From: an uncultured Gammaproteobacteria bacterium
Lineage (GTDB): Bacteria > Pseudomonadota > Gammaproteobacteria > Steroidobacterales > Rariloculaceae
DNA length: 64,000 nt
Assembly: GCA_963810755.1 (NCBI GenBank)
Contig: CAWEOP010000005.1
Location: forward strand, 6,394-70,393
Direction of reading: 5' to 3'
This document shows positions 1 to 11,351 of this stretch, piece by piece. Position 1 is the stretch's first letter; each line of letters begins with the position of its first letter. Both the position numbers and the translations under genes were made by a program. The notes under the pieces were generated by a model. That model worked only from the letters and a program-made list of their open reading frames with translations, had not been told where the DNA came from and did not search any database.

Positions 1-6
1 CGGCGC

Positions 7-1857
7 ATGGAGAAACCGCCAAAGCCCACGTCGATCGCCGTAGCTTCCTGACCGGCGCCGCGACGGGCGCCGCGGCCGCGCTGCTCGCGCAGCAAGCGTC
101 GGTCGCCGAGCGCACAGGACGCGGCGCACCGACGCCGCCGAGCCGGTCGTGCAGGCGAACGAGACGGGCCGCCACGCGTCGGACTTCATGGTCGACATCT
201 TCAAGTCGCTCGACATGGAGTACATGTTCTCGATGTGCGCATCGAGCTTCATGGGCATCCACGAGTCGGTGCTGAACTACGCGGGCAACAAGAACCCGCA
301 AGTCGATCACCTGCACGCACGAAGAGATCTCCGTCGCCATGGCGAACGGCTACGCGAAGATCGACGGCAAGCCGGTGCTCGTCTGCGCGCACGCGACGGT
401 CGGCGCGCAGCACGCCGCGATGGCGCTCTACGACGCGTGGTGCGACCGCGTGCCGATCTATCTCGTGCTCGGCAACACGAACGACGCCGCCGATCGCCAA
501 GGCGAGGTGTTCTGGCTGCACAGCGCGCAGGATCCGTGCGCGCTCGTGCGCGACATGACGAAGTGGGACGACAACCCGGCGTCGCTTGAGCCACTTCGCG
601 GAGTCGGCCGTGCGCGCCTACAAGATCGCGATGACGCCGCCGATGGGGCCCGTCGCGATCGTCGTCGACGAGCACATGCAGGACGAGCACGTTCCCGCCG
701 ACCTGCGCGTGCCCGAAGCTGAGCGTGCCGACGCCGCCGGCCGGCGACTCGGGCGCGATCGCCGAGGTCGCGAAGCTGCTCGTCGCCGCCGAGAACCCGG
801 TGATCCTCGCGGGCCGCGCCGCGCGCACGCCGCGCCGGTCTGAAGCTCATGGTCGAGCTCGCCGAGGCGCTGCAAGCCGGCGTCGTCGATTCGCGCCGGC
901 GGCTGAATTTCCCGACTCGCCATCCGCTGAGCGGCGGCTCGACCGGCACAGGCCGACGTCGTGCTCGCGCTCGAGGCCGGCGACATCTCGAACGTCGCGC
1001 GCCAAGCGCGGCAGCGCAACGCGAAGGTCATCAGCATCACGGCCACGCATCTCTTCCAGCGCAGCAACTATCAGGACTTCATGCGCTACGCCGAGGTCGA
1101 CATGTCGATCGCGGCCGATGCGGAAGCGACGCTGCCGGCGCTGATCGAGGAGATCAAGCGGCTGACGACCGAGCTCGCGGCAGCGAGGCGTTCCGCCAGC
1201 GCGGCGTGCGCGATCGCCGAAGCGAATCGCAACACGTTCGAGCAGGCGCGCACCGACGCGACCTACGGCTGGGACGCGAGCCCCGTCAGCACCGCGCGGC
1301 TGTCGATGGAGCTGTGGGCGCAGCTCAAGAACGAGGACTGGTCGTACGTGACCGGCTGGGTCAACTGGCCGCTGCGGCTCTGGGACTTCGACAAGCACTA
1401 TCAGTACATCGGCCGTGCCGGCGGCGAAGGGCGTCGGCTACTACGCGCCCGCGTCGGTCGGCGCCGCGCTCGCCAACAAGAAGCACGGCCGCATCAGCGT
1501 ATCGATTCAACCCGACGGCGATTTGATGGTCGCGCCCGGCGCGCTGTGGACCGCGGCGAAGTATCAGGTCCCGCATCCTGATCGTCATGCAGAACAACCG
1601 CGCGTATCACCAAGAAGTCATGTGGTTCCAGCGCGCAGGCGCTGCAGCGCAACCGCAGCATCGAGCTCACGCAAGACGGGCTTCGGTCTCGGCGACCCGA
1701 ACATCGACTTCGCGAAGATGGCCGAGAGCATGGGCGTCGGCGTCGTCGGGACCGATCTCCGATCCGAAGGACCTCGCCGCCGCGATTCGCCGCGGCATCG
1801 GACGTCGTGAAGCGCGGCGAGCCGTATCTGATCGACGTCGTGACGCAACCTCGCTAG
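7..1857 (+). CDS. Thiamine pyrophosphate-binding enzyme (acetolactate synthase large subunit-like) with twin-arginine signal; split by several indels
   Basis: Joined frames give DRRSFLTGAATGAAAA (Tat-like), GIHES, HEEISVAMANGYAK, QPDGDLM...MQNN (variant of the TPP motif GDG-x-NN) and the C-terminus EPYLIDVVTQPR with stop at 1855-1857. Confidence 0.8.
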
Positions 1858-1875
1858 GTGAGGCGCGAGCTCGGC

Positions 1876-2245
1876 GTGAAAAAGCTTTTGCTCGACAGGC
1901 GCCCTGCTCTGCTGCGTCTTCCACGGAGCGGTAGCACAGTCGTCGAAGACGGATCGTTCGTCTACGGCGAACGGCGAGAGCGTCTACATGCGCGTCGGTT
2001 GCTACGCGTGCCATGGCACGGTCGGTCATGGCGGCGCCGGCGCGCGTCTGGCTCCGAATACGCTGCCGCTCCCGGCGTTCCAGACCTGGGTTCGCAACGG
2101 CACGCCGGGCTGGACCGCCACGAGCGGAATGCCCGCGTTCCCGGCGACCGTTATTACCGACCAGGAGCTCGCGGACGTTCGCGCGTTTCTCGCGAGCCTG
2201 CCGGCGCCTCCGGCCGTGCAAGACATCCCGCTGCTGAAACCGTAG
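1876..2245 (+). CDS. Small c-type cytochrome (frameshift in the 5' part)
   Basis: GTG start VKKLLL; haem motif CYACH and distal Met in GMPAF in ORF 1988-2245. Confidence 0.8.
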
Positions 2246-2281
2246 GCGACCGGTCGTCGTGCAATGCGACGTTGTCTGCGG

Positions 2282-2824
2282 TCAGCCGACCGGAGACTCT
2301 TTGCCGATATCCACCGTTTCGACGACGAACTTCAGTGTTTGGCCGAGATACGAAGCACTGATCTCCCAACAACCCGGATCGGGAAAGTCGATGCCGGTGA
2401 GCATTCTCCACCCCTCCGTCGACCGCATGATCTCGTTCGCCGTGGCTTGCGCCTCGGCATCCGTCAGCGGGCGCCCGGGCTGCACGGCAGGTATATAAGC
2501 GTTCGTCGCACCGGAAATTCGTCCGGTGACGGGCGCGCCGTCCAGACTGCGGACACTGACCATCAGCTTCGACTCGGTCCCTGGGCGGAAACCGGCGCTG
2601 CGCCAGAACAGCTTTTCACCTATCAAGTAGCCGGGCTGTGTCGTGGACCATCGGGCGGGGCTCGACAATTGGACTGCTAGACCTTCGGTACCGTACCAGC
2701 CGGGAATCGACGTGCCGAACAGTGGGTCCTCGGTCGTGGTTGCGGGGCACTTCCCTTCCGCAACGGATTCGGCGGCATGCAACGTAGCAGCAAAGGAGAA
2801 AACCAGAAGAACGATCGCTCTCAT
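2282..2824 (-). CDS. Secreted hypothetical protein
   Basis: ATG at 2824, signal peptide MRAIVLLVFSFAATLHA, C-terminal FPDPGCWEISASY. Confidence 0.65.
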   Translation of the reverse strand: MRAIVLLVFSFAATLHAAESVAEGKCPATTTEDPLFGTSIPGWYGTEGLAVQLSSPARWSTTQPGYLIGEKLFWRSAGFRPGTESKLMVSVRSLDGAPVTGRISGATNAYIPAVQPGRPLTDAEAQATANEIMRSTEGWRMLTGIDFPDPGCWEISASYLGQTLKFVVETVDIGKESPVG

Positions 2825-2955
2825 GACTGCCCCTCCCTCGCACGTGACACATAACAATATCCCTCGTTCGCGCCAACCGAAAGGCAGTTGCCGCCGAACA
2901 GGACGAAAGTCCACACTGCGACGTCGCCGATGTGGCTCAGGGTTGGGGGGACGCC

Positions 2956-4491
2956 ATGTCAAAGGCTCGTACCGTCGTCGTCGCCGTCGTGTTTGGGGCC
3001 GCCGTCGGCATCGCCGGCTGCGATGCTCGTCCGCAGGATCCGCCCGCGACGGCAGAAAGCGCGGCCGCCGTGGCGCTCCGCGAGACCGGAGCCGTCGCGA
3101 GCCTTGGCGAGACGCGCTGGGCATCGAGGGCTCCCGAAGGCGCATCCGCGCCGAGCTTCGTGGTCGATGCGAGCTGGCCGAAGCCGCTGCCGAACGATTG
3201 GCGGATCGGCCAGGTCGGCGGAATCGCCGTCGACTCGCACGACAACATCTGGGTGTATCACCGGCCGCGGACTCTCGACGCGAGCTCGGCGGGCGCGATG
3301 CCGAGAGTCGCAACGAACGATCGCGGGATCCCGATCAGCGCGCTCGGACATCCGCAGGCCGTACGCCGAGCGGAGCACCGGCTGCTGTGTGCCGGCGCCC
3401 TCCGTGCTCAAGTTCGACCGGGAAGGCAACCTGCTCGCGGCTTGGGGCGGGCCCTCCGATCCGGGCTTCCTCGAGAAGAACTGTCGCGAAGCGGACGGTT
3501 GTTTCTGGCCGGCACGCGAGCACGGCATCTTCGTGGATCAAAACGACTTCGTGTACGTGTCGGGCAACGGTGAGGACGGCGGCGCGCGCCAGCAACAAGG
3601 GATGGCCACCTATCCGTGGGCGCCATCCTTCGGCGACGATTCGCACATACTCAAGTTCACCGCGGACGGAACGTTCGTCTACCAGATCGGCAACGCGGGA
3701 ATGGACGGGCCGAACAGCGAGAAGATCGACGGCGGACCGAACGGCACGCCGCAGCCGTATCTCGTGGCGGACATGAGCGTCGACCCCAAGTCGAACCGCC
3801 TCTACGTCGCGGACGGCTACGGCAATCGGCGCATCCTGATCGTGGACGCCGCGACCGGACAGTACGTCGGCCACTTCGGTGCGTACGGGCAAAACCCCGT
3901 CGTGGACGATCCGAAGCTCGGGTGTGGCCGATACCGACGTCGGCCCGTGGATCGCGGATTATCAAGCCGGCAACATGAAACCCATGTTCTTCCGCAGCCC
4001 GATGCACTGCGCGACCGTGAGCCGCGATGGATTTCTCTACGCCTGCGACCGCGGCAACAACCGCGTCCAGGTCTTCGATCTGGGAGCGGCGGATTTGGGC
4101 AAGCCGTGCGCGAACCCGAACGCGGAGCCGGGCAAGTGCGGCTTCGTGCGTGAGGTGCACGTCGCCCCGCAAACGGCCAGCGGCACGTCCGGCACCGCGG
4201 CGCTGTCCACCGATCCTGAGCAGAGCTGCCTCTACGTGGGCGATCTCGCGAACGGCACGCTCTACATCATCAACCGCGAGAACCTCACGGAGCTCGACCG
4301 GATCGGGCGCGCGGGCCGGCAGGCCGGCGAGTTCCATTGGCTCCACGCGCTGGCCGTCGACTCGCACGGCGACATCTACACGGGCGAAGTGGATACCGGG
4401 CAGCGCGTGCAGAAGTTCTTGAGATACGGCGCTTCGAGCTGCAGCGGCACCGGCAGCTGCCGAAGTCGGCCTCTACAGCGCGAACAGGTAG
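2956..4491 (+). CDS. NHL-repeat six-bladed propeller, peptidyl-alpha-hydroxyglycine alpha-amidating lyase (PAL)-like, probable lipoprotein; frameshifted
   Basis: Lipobox-like IAGC; WPKPLPNDWRIGQVGGIAVDSHDNIWVYHR, EHGIFVD, LYVADGYGNRRI, YACDRGNNRVQVF, FHWLHALAVDSHGDIYTGEV across three frames. Confidence 0.8.
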
Positions 4492-4502
4492 GCGAGGTTC
4501 CG

Positions 4503-5587
4503 ATGAGTCACGCAAGAATGAGCTGGGTGTTCTCGCTGCCGGTCGCGGCGTTCGTCGCGTATGCGGCGCCTTGCGCCGCGCAGAACAGACTACAGCGACC
4601 CGAACATGAAACCGGTCAACGACCTGCCGAATCCGTACTCGGCGAAGCAGCTGATGCCGCTGCCCGACGCCCGCAAGTGGGGCTCCACGGCCGGCGTCGA
4701 CGTCGGCAAGGGCCGCGACGACGTCTGGGCCATCGACCGCTGCGGCAGCAACAGCTGCGTGGGCTCGCACGTCGATCCGCTGCATGCACTACGACGCCAA
4801 CGGCAAGCTGATCGGCCAAATGGGAGCCGACTTGTTCGCGTTCCCGCACGGCATCCACGTGGACGACGAGGGCAACGTGTGGGTCACCGACCCGCTGCCG
4901 AGCGACGGCCGCGGCGCGGGCGGCAACGTGGGGCAACAAGTGACGAAGCTCAGTCCGAGCGGCAAGATCCTGCTGCAGCTCGGCACGCGGTTGGTGGCCG
5001 GCAAGGGCCCGAACGAATTCAGCTCGCCGTCCGACGTCGTCGTCGGCAAGAACGGCGACATCTTCGTGGCCGACGGACACGCCGAAGGCACGAACGAACG
5101 CATGATGAAGTTCGACAAGAACGGTAAGTTCATCAAGGCGTGGGGCAAGCCGGGCAACGGCGCCTGCGGAGCGGGCGAGTTCTCGAGCCTGCACGCGCTC
5201 GCCATCGATTCACGAGGACGGTTGTTCATCGGCGATCGCGACAACAACCGCATTCAGATCTACGATCAGGACGGAAACTATCTCGATTGCTGGTACCAGT
5301 TCAGCCGCCCGAGCGGCATCTTCATCGACGCCGACGACAACATGTTCGTCACCGATTCGGAATCGAGAGACGGCGCCGCCCAGGGGTTGGATTTGGCGCA
5401 CCCCGGCTGGAAGCGCGGCATCCGGATCGGCAGCGCCCGCGATGGCTCCGTGAAATACTTCATCCCGGATCCCGATCCCCAGGGCGGCAGCAGCACGTCG
5501 GAAGGCGTTGCCGCGATCAAAGGCGGCGCGGTCGTCTACGGTGCCGAAGTCGGACCGAAGGACTTCGTTCGCTACGAACGTAAGTAG
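4503..5587 (+). CDS. NHL-repeat / PAL-like secreted propeller protein; frameshifted
   Basis: Signal peptide; WGSTAGVDV, RCGSNSC, FPHGIHVD, PSDVVVGKNGDIFVADGH, HALAIDSRGRLFIGDRDNNRIQI. Confidence 0.8.
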
Positions 5588-5617
5588 CGGGGCTCGAGGG
5601 CCCGCACGCGGCGAGGC

Positions 5618-6244
5618 TCACTTACGCCAACCGGTAGAACGAAGCCACTCCTTTATCTCCGCTTGCCGAGCGTCCCAATCGTGCGGCGGCTTCTCGCCGC
5701 TCTCCGCCGCCCGTTGACGCTTCCGTCGAACGTCTTCAGCCAACGGAATGAGGCCGACCTCCGCTCGCCGCTCGTCGACGTGCGGCTCGTCTTCTATTGG
5801 AAGCGGGCTGATCAGACCGTTTTCATCCCAATCGAACTGCGTACCGAAGCGCTGACCCCTGCCTTCATTACTCCGAATTCGGTCTTCCAGCATGGCGACG
5901 TGAATGGGCGAAACGTCGCCGGTCGCCGCCGCTTCCCTCATCAGCGCGAGGCCGCGCCTCTGCAGCGACGGATTACCAATCGCGTGTTGGAGAATGAGCC
6001 ACGCCGCCTCGGTGGCTTCGTCGCCAACGAAAGAACGGCCTGGCCACCCACGCGCATCCATGATCTCGCTCAACCGCGCCGCATTGCGCTCGTGAACCTC
6101 ACGCATGCGCGGATGATATCCCTCGAACAGTGCGCCGCTGCGTGCAAGCTCCTCGCGAACGCGCAGGTCCAGTGCCGCCATCGCCAACAGTTCAGCGCGA
6201 ACGGCTTGAGGATCCACGCGCTCCCCCTTACGGCTCACGCTCAT
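5618..6244 (-). CDS. DUF6624-like hypothetical protein
   Basis: 208-aa ORF with NAARL..I....GWPG.S.VG....EAAWLILQHA, A(M)LEDR and Q.FGTQ motifs. Confidence 0.7.
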   Translation of the reverse strand: MSVSRKGERVDPQAVRAELLAMAALDLRVREELARSGALFEGYHPRMREVHERNAARLSEIMDARGWPGRSFVGDEATEAAWLILQHAIGNPSLQRRGLALMREAAATGDVSPIHVAMLEDRIRSNEGRGQRFGTQFDWDENGLISPLPIEDEPHVDERRAEVGLIPLAEDVRRKRQRAAESGEKPPHDWDARQAEIKEWLRSTGWRK

Positions 6245-6338
6245 AGCCGGTCGGTGACGAGCACGCGGCCCTTCGCGCCAACAGGCTGCCTCCTCGTGAT
6301 GTGTATGGTCGCCGCTCGTTCCGCTGCCGGTCCCGCGG

Positions 6339-6857
6339 CTAGAACAGCGTGCCGGTCCTCGCGCTCGCCGGCCGGTGCTCCGCCTCGTGCGCGAGCAACG
6401 CGCGCTTGAGGGGCAACCCGCCGCCGTACCCGGTGAGGCTTCCGTCCGCGCCGATCACGCGGTGGCACGGCACGATCAGGCCGATCGGGTTCGCCCCGTT
6501 CGCGGCGCCGACACCGCGTGCCGCCTGCGGCTGGCCGATGACTTTCGCGATCTCGCCGTAGCTGCGCGTCTCGCCGTACGGGATTTCTACGAGCGCATCC
6601 CACACGGCGTGCTGAAACTCGGTGCCGCGTGCGGCGAGCTCGAGCTCGAACACCGTTCTCCCGCCCGTACAGTACTCCTCGACCTGGCGGCGCACCTCCG
6701 CGATCGCGCGATCGTCGTAGCGCGCATCGCGGTCGACGCGCGCCGCGCCCGCGGCGTCGAGATTGAATCGCACGAGCCTGCCGTCGACATCTACCCATGC
6801 TGCGAACGTCGCGAACTGCGTTTCGATCGTGCCCCAACGATGTTGAGCCTTAGTCAT
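6339..6857 (-). CDS. ogt: Methylated-DNA--protein-cysteine methyltransferase
   Basis: GTEFQHAVW, IPYGETRSYGEIA, ARGVGAANGANPI and active-site PCHRV; ATG overlaps the upstream stop (ATGA). Confidence 0.93.
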   Translation of the reverse strand: MTKAQHRWGTIETQFATFAAWVDVDGRLVRFNLDAAGAARVDRDARYDDRAIAEVRRQVEEYCTGGRTVFELELAARGTEFQHAVWDALVEIPYGETRSYGEIAKVIGQPQAARGVGAANGANPIGLIVPCHRVIGADGSLTGYGGGLPLKRALLAHEAEHRPASARTGTLF

Positions 6858-8290
6858 GCGGCATCCCTCAAGCTCGCCCAAAGATGAATCGTCGCAAGGC
6901 TGCGATAGGGCGCGAACGGCAGCATCAGCTCCTCCACTTCCTTGGGCGCAGGACGCTCGTGCGCGGCGGTGAGCTTCTGGAGCGCCGCGGCGAGCGCGAC
7001 ATCGCCGACCGGCGCGCAATCCGCGAACCCGGAGCCGCGCATCAGCATGTAGCGCGCCGTCCACGTGCCGATGCCGCGAATGCTCGTGAGCTCGCGTTCG
7101 GCGGACACGGCGGATCCGTCGGCAAGCGTCTCCGCGGGTAGGCGCCCGGCCGCCACCGCCTGCGCCGCACCGATCAGATACTCGGCCTTCGAGCGAGAGA
7201 AGCGGCGCTTCGTGAGGTCGCCCACCGCGATCTCCGCGACACGTTCAGCGCCCGGATGCGCACGCATCCCGCGGATCGGTGTGCCTGCGATGTCGAGGAT
7301 CTCGCGCCGCAGCGAGCTCGCGAACGCGATGTTGATCTGCTGACCGATGATCGCCCAGCAGAGCCCGTCGAACCCGGTCGGCGTAAGCGGCAAGCGCAAC
7401 CCGCGCCGGCGCGCGAGCAGCGCGGCCATCCGCGGATCGCGCGCAGCCCGCACCTCGAACGCGCTCACGTCGAGGTTGAGCCCGAGCATGCGGAGCGCCG
7501 CGGCGTGCACGGCCTCGATGCCGCGCCCGTCGAGCTTGTCGTCCGAGTGAACGCGGCACCACGCGGCCTCCGGCTCGAGCGATATCTCGAGCACCGCGGC
7601 GCCGCGTTCGGTCGCGAGCGCCTTGAACAGCGTCGTGCCTTCGACACGTTCGCACGGGCTTGCGGGGTCGCGCGCGTGGTACGCGAGGATCTCTTGCGCG
7701 CGATAGCCGCGCGGCAGCTGCAGCATGAACACCGATGCGCCGTTCAGGCCGCGGTACGCGCCGGGCGTCATCCGCGTGATCGCGAGGAACTGCCGATGGA
7801 ATGCGGATTCGCTCTCGAAACCCGCCGCATGTCCTACGTCGACGACTCGCCGTTCCGTATCGAGCAACAGGCGGCACGCCGCGCGCACGTGCTCGCGCTT
7901 GAGCCACGCGGCGGGTGTCATGTGGGCGTGCACGCGCAGCAGATCGCCGAGCTTCGTCTGGCTCACGCCGCAGGCGCGTGCGAGCGCGGCGGCGTCGGCA
8001 TGCGCGTCCGGCACCGCGCGGACGCGGTTTGCTAGCGCCTCGAACAGCGCGATGTCGGCATCCTCGCCGCGGTAGAACAGGTCCGGCCGGCAGCGTTTGC
8101 AAGCCCGTAAACCCGCGCCGAGCGCTTCGGCCTCGGTCTTGAACAGGCGCACGTTCTCGGGCTTCGGCTGGCGCGCGCTGCACGACGGCAGGCAGTAGAT
8201 GCCGGTCGTCAGCACACCGACGATGAACTTGCCGTCGAAGCGGCCTGCGCGCGCTTCGGCACGGTCCCAGCTGAACGGTTTCGGCAACAT
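6854..8290 (-). CDS. alkA: Ada zinc-binding/AraC HTH fused to DNA-3-methyladenine glycosylase II (AdaA-AlkA type)
   Basis: TTGIYCLPSC...CKRCRP Ada Zn domain, AraC HTH (GFESESAFHRQF), AlkA IIGQQI and HhH motif IRGIGTWTA...GD. Confidence 0.9.
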   Translation of the reverse strand: MLPKPFSWDRAEARAGRFDGKFIVGVLTTGIYCLPSCSARQPKPENVRLFKTEAEALGAGLRACKRCRPDLFYRGEDADIALFEALANRVRAVPDAHADAAALARACGVSQTKLGDLLRVHAHMTPAAWLKREHVRAACRLLLDTERRVVDVGHAAGFESESAFHRQFLAITRMTPGAYRGLNGASVFMLQLPRGYRAQEILAYHARDPASPCERVEGTTLFKALATERGAAVLEISLEPEAAWCRVHSDDKLDGRGIEAVHAAALRMLGLNLDVSAFEVRAARDPRMAALLARRRGLRLPLTPTGFDGLCWAIIGQQINIAFASSLRREILDIAGTPIRGMRAHPGAERVAEIAVGDLTKRRFSRSKAEYLIGAAQAVAAGRLPAETLADGSAVSAERELTSIRGIGTWTARYMLMRGSGFADCAPVGDVALAAALQKLTAAHERPAPKEVEELMLPFAPYRSLATIHLWASLRDAA

Positions 8291-8441
8291 GGCGCCATCC
8301 TAGCGCGCCCGGCTCGAGTTGCCTCCCAATTTGCGCGTTAGATGTCGCACGGCGAACGAGCGCCGGTCGCGGCTCACCGCTATCGCCGTTTGGGGGGGCG
8401 CGCCCGGTTTCCCGGACGCGCCTTTCGGACGACCCGAAACG

Positions 8442-11057
8442 TTAGAAGTTGAACCGCACGCTCATGCCCATCTCGCGCGGCGGCGCCGGATTGCCTTGCT
8501 CGCGGCCGGAATTCCCGAGCAGCGACAGCTTGCCGTAGAAGTAATACTCGTCCGTGAGGTTCAGGCCGTACACCGAGAACGCCCAGCGCGAGGCCGGCGC
8601 CTCCCAGGTCACGCGGCCGTTGAGCACGCCGTACGCGGGCTGCCGTCCGTCCTCGGGGTTCACGATGCCCGCCACCGGGTTGGTCGTGAACCAGATGACG
8701 TCCTGCCACGTGTAGTCGAGCCGCGGCGTCAGCGTCGCGCCTTGTCCGCCCACGGTGAACTGATACGAGACACCGAGCCCCATGTTCCACTCTGGCGTGC
8801 GCGGCGAGTACAGCGTGTCACCGCGGATCGACGGGTCGCCCGTCGTGTCGGGAACGGTGATGAAGATTCCGGACGATTTGCCGAGGTCCGTGACCAAGTA
8901 GTTCTGATAGCCGAGCGAGAAATCGATCCGCAGCTTGTCGATGGGCTCGGCCAGGATCTCGGCCTCGACGCCCCAGTTGCGCGACTCGCCCGTGTTCACC
9001 GTCGGGAACGAGTTCACGCGCGCCGGCGTGCACGGCGCGCAGTCGGCGATCGCCTGCTGCTTGTCCGTGTTCACCATGTAGTAGACGTCGCCGTTGAAAC
9101 GCAGCCGCCGGTCGAGCCAGTCCGTCTTCACGCCGACCTCGAAGCTGTCGATGTACTCGGGATCGAACGACGTGAGCTGCAGCGCGTTCGCGGGCCGCGG
9201 GCTGAATCCGCCGCCGCGGAAGCCCGTGGCCAACTGCACGTAACCCATCAGCGCGTCGGTGAACTGGTAGTCGAAGCTGAGCTTCGGCGACCACTCCTGC
9301 GAGGCCACGGTGACGAGGCCGTTGTCGATCAGCATGAACTGCGGCGCGCCGATGCCCGGCGGCGCCGTGTTGCCCGTACGGCGCCAGATCGTCGCGTCCT
9401 TCTGGTCGTCCGTGTAGCGCAGGCCGCCCGAGATGCTGAGCTTTTCGGTCGTCCGCCAGTTGAAGTGAGCGAACGCGGCGTAGTTCGTCAGATCCTGGAC
9501 GTCCTTGTGGTCCGAGAAGCTCGACGTATAGACGTAGCCGTTGTTGTAGCCCTGGTTCGAATCGAACGCGTCGTAGTAGAACAACCCCGTAGTCCAGTCG
9601 AGACCTTTATTCGGCCCCGCAAGGCCGCTGAGCTCGAACTCTTGCGTGAACTGCTCGTGCTTCGACGTATCCCAGGTCACCGTTTGCGGCAACGGCGTGC
9701 CGTCGGAATCGCGGCCGAACGAGTTGTCGAACTCGCGGTACGCGGTCGTCGACTGGAAGTGCATGTTGTCCGAGAGGTCCCAATCCACGTCCACCTGGAA
9801 GCCCGTGTGCGTGAGCTCGTTTTGGTTCGGCGTAAAGCGCCCGGTCAACGGATCCGTGCCGAAGCGGTGGTAGCTCGTGTACTTGCCATCAGTCTGGAAC
9901 CGGCCGTCGAACTGTCCGCCGGGGCCGAACACCGGAACCGCGATGTTGTTGTTCCAGTTCGCGATGCCGGCGGCCACGCCCGCCGGCACGCCGTTGGTCG
10001 TCCGGAGCTGCACGGTGTATTTGTCGGGCGCACTTTGCTGATCGCTGTACGTCACATCGGCGACGACGTTGACCTCAACGGTGTCGGACGCCAAAAATCG
10101 CACCGCGACACGGCCCGATTCCACGCTCTCGTTGCCCATGTGGTCGGCGACGCAGCCGCGCGAATCCGTCGCACCGAGCACGCTGCCGAGCCGAACGCCG
10201 CCGATCGCGGGATGCGTGTTGACGGCGTACGCGATCCAAGCCGGATTCGTCGGGTCGGACGGGGTCGTGGGCTGGGCGATTCCGTTCGTGCCAGCCGCAA
10301 CGCCCGTCCCGCCGAGACCGAGCGAGCCCGCCCCATTCACGCACTCGTAGTCGAGAATGTCGAAGTAGCCGTCTTGCTTCTTCGACGAGCCCGAGATGCG
10401 CACGAGCACTTTGTCCTCGACGACCGGGAAATCGTACGAGCCGCGCAGATTGAGCCGGTCGCGCTCGCCGGCCTCCAGGTCGACGTAGCCCGTGCCCGAC
10501 CCTTGCGGCTTCTTCGAGATGATGCGCACCGCGCCGCCAAGCGTGTTCTTGCCGAACAACGTGCCTTGCGGGCCGCGCAGCACTTCCACACGCTCGATGT
10601 CGAGCAGATCCATGATGGCGCCTTGCGGGCGGCCGTGGTACACGTCGTCGATGTAGATCGGCACGCCGGGCTCGAACGACAGCGAGTTGTCGCCGAGGCC
10701 GATGCCGCGGATGAATGCCGCGGCCGTCGAGCCCCAACCCGCGCCGAGCGGCGCAATCACCGCGTTCGGCACGAAGGCGTCGAGGTCGAGCGTGCTCGTC
10801 GAGCCGCGCGCTTCGAGCTGGTCACCCGTCACTGCGGTGATCGCGAGCGGCGTCTTCTGCAGATTTTCCTCGCGGAAGCGCGCCGTGACGACGATCTCTT
10901 CCAGCGCGCCCGGCGGCGGCTGAGGTTGCGCCTGCGCGGTGTTCGTCGCAGGCAACGCGGCCACCAAGAGTAGGCCCGGCGCGCCGCACACGACACGGCG
11001 AATCGCGGCCCGCAACGCGTGACGCCGCCCCAAACGGAACGTGGTATCGGAATGCAT
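8442..11057 (-). CDS. TonB-dependent receptor
   Basis: 871 aa; TonB-box region LEEIVVTARFREENLQ, plug IERVEVLRGPQGTLFGKN, C-terminal VRFNF. Confidence 0.95.
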   Translation of the reverse strand: MHSDTTFRLGRRHALRAAIRRVVCGAPGLLLVAALPATNTAQAQPQPPPGALEEIVVTARFREENLQKTPLAITAVTGDQLEARGSTSTLDLDAFVPNAVIAPLGAGWGSTAAAFIRGIGLGDNSLSFEPGVPIYIDDVYHGRPQGAIMDLLDIERVEVLRGPQGTLFGKNTLGGAVRIISKKPQGSGTGYVDLEAGERDRLNLRGSYDFPVVEDKVLVRISGSSKKQDGYFDILDYECVNGAGSLGLGGTGVAAGTNGIAQPTTPSDPTNPAWIAYAVNTHPAIGGVRLGSVLGATDSRGCVADHMGNESVESGRVAVRFLASDTVEVNVVADVTYSDQQSAPDKYTVQLRTTNGVPAGVAAGIANWNNNIAVPVFGPGGQFDGRFQTDGKYTSYHRFGTDPLTGRFTPNQNELTHTGFQVDVDWDLSDNMHFQSTTAYREFDNSFGRDSDGTPLPQTVTWDTSKHEQFTQEFELSGLAGPNKGLDWTTGLFYYDAFDSNQGYNNGYVYTSSFSDHKDVQDLTNYAAFAHFNWRTTEKLSISGGLRYTDDQKDATIWRRTGNTAPPGIGAPQFMLIDNGLVTVASQEWSPKLSFDYQFTDALMGYVQLATGFRGGGFSPRPANALQLTSFDPEYIDSFEVGVKTDWLDRRLRFNGDVYYMVNTDKQQAIADCAPCTPARVNSFPTVNTGESRNWGVEAEILAEPIDKLRIDFSLGYQNYLVTDLGKSSGIFITVPDTTGDPSIRGDTLYSPRTPEWNMGLGVSYQFTVGGQGATLTPRLDYTWQDVIWFTTNPVAGIVNPEDGRQPAYGVLNGRVTWEAPASRWAFSVYGLNLTDEYYFYGKLSLLGNSGREQGNPAPPREMGMSVRFNF

Positions 11058-11295
11058 ATCCCCCCCGGGTTATGAGTGTTTCTTCTTCGGCGTTCGGGAC
11101 GAAGCGCGCCGCGCGAGAACCTGCGCGCTGCTTCGTGTGTGCCCAAACCACGCGAACGCGGGCAACGATATCAGGAAAACGTCGCGTGCATAAGACATTC
11201 GTGCGCCGCCCTACGTAACAGGCGTGGCGCGAAACCAACTGACGAATCAGAAAGGCGGCCCTCAGCGCTGCGAACGATCGCCGAACGCCGAAACG

Positions 11296-11321
11296 AAAAA
11301 AGCGGCGCCGTAGCGCCGCTT
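11296..11321 (-). terminator. Rho-independent terminator of the ankyrin-DUF1592-DUF1552 operon
   Basis: Minus strand AAGCGGCGC-TAC-GGCGCCGCTTTTTT, about 30 nt after the stop at 11352. Confidence 0.75.
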
Positions 11322-11351
11322 CTGTCGGAGTTTCCCGCTCGAGGAGAGAGG

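Noticed and set aside
8319-10973. Long antisense ORFs opposite real genes (also 11076-12776, 13747-15513, 33407-35080, 48939-50642, 61760-63361)
   Set aside because: Typical high-GC shadow ORFs with Arg/Val/Ala-rich sequence and no motifs.
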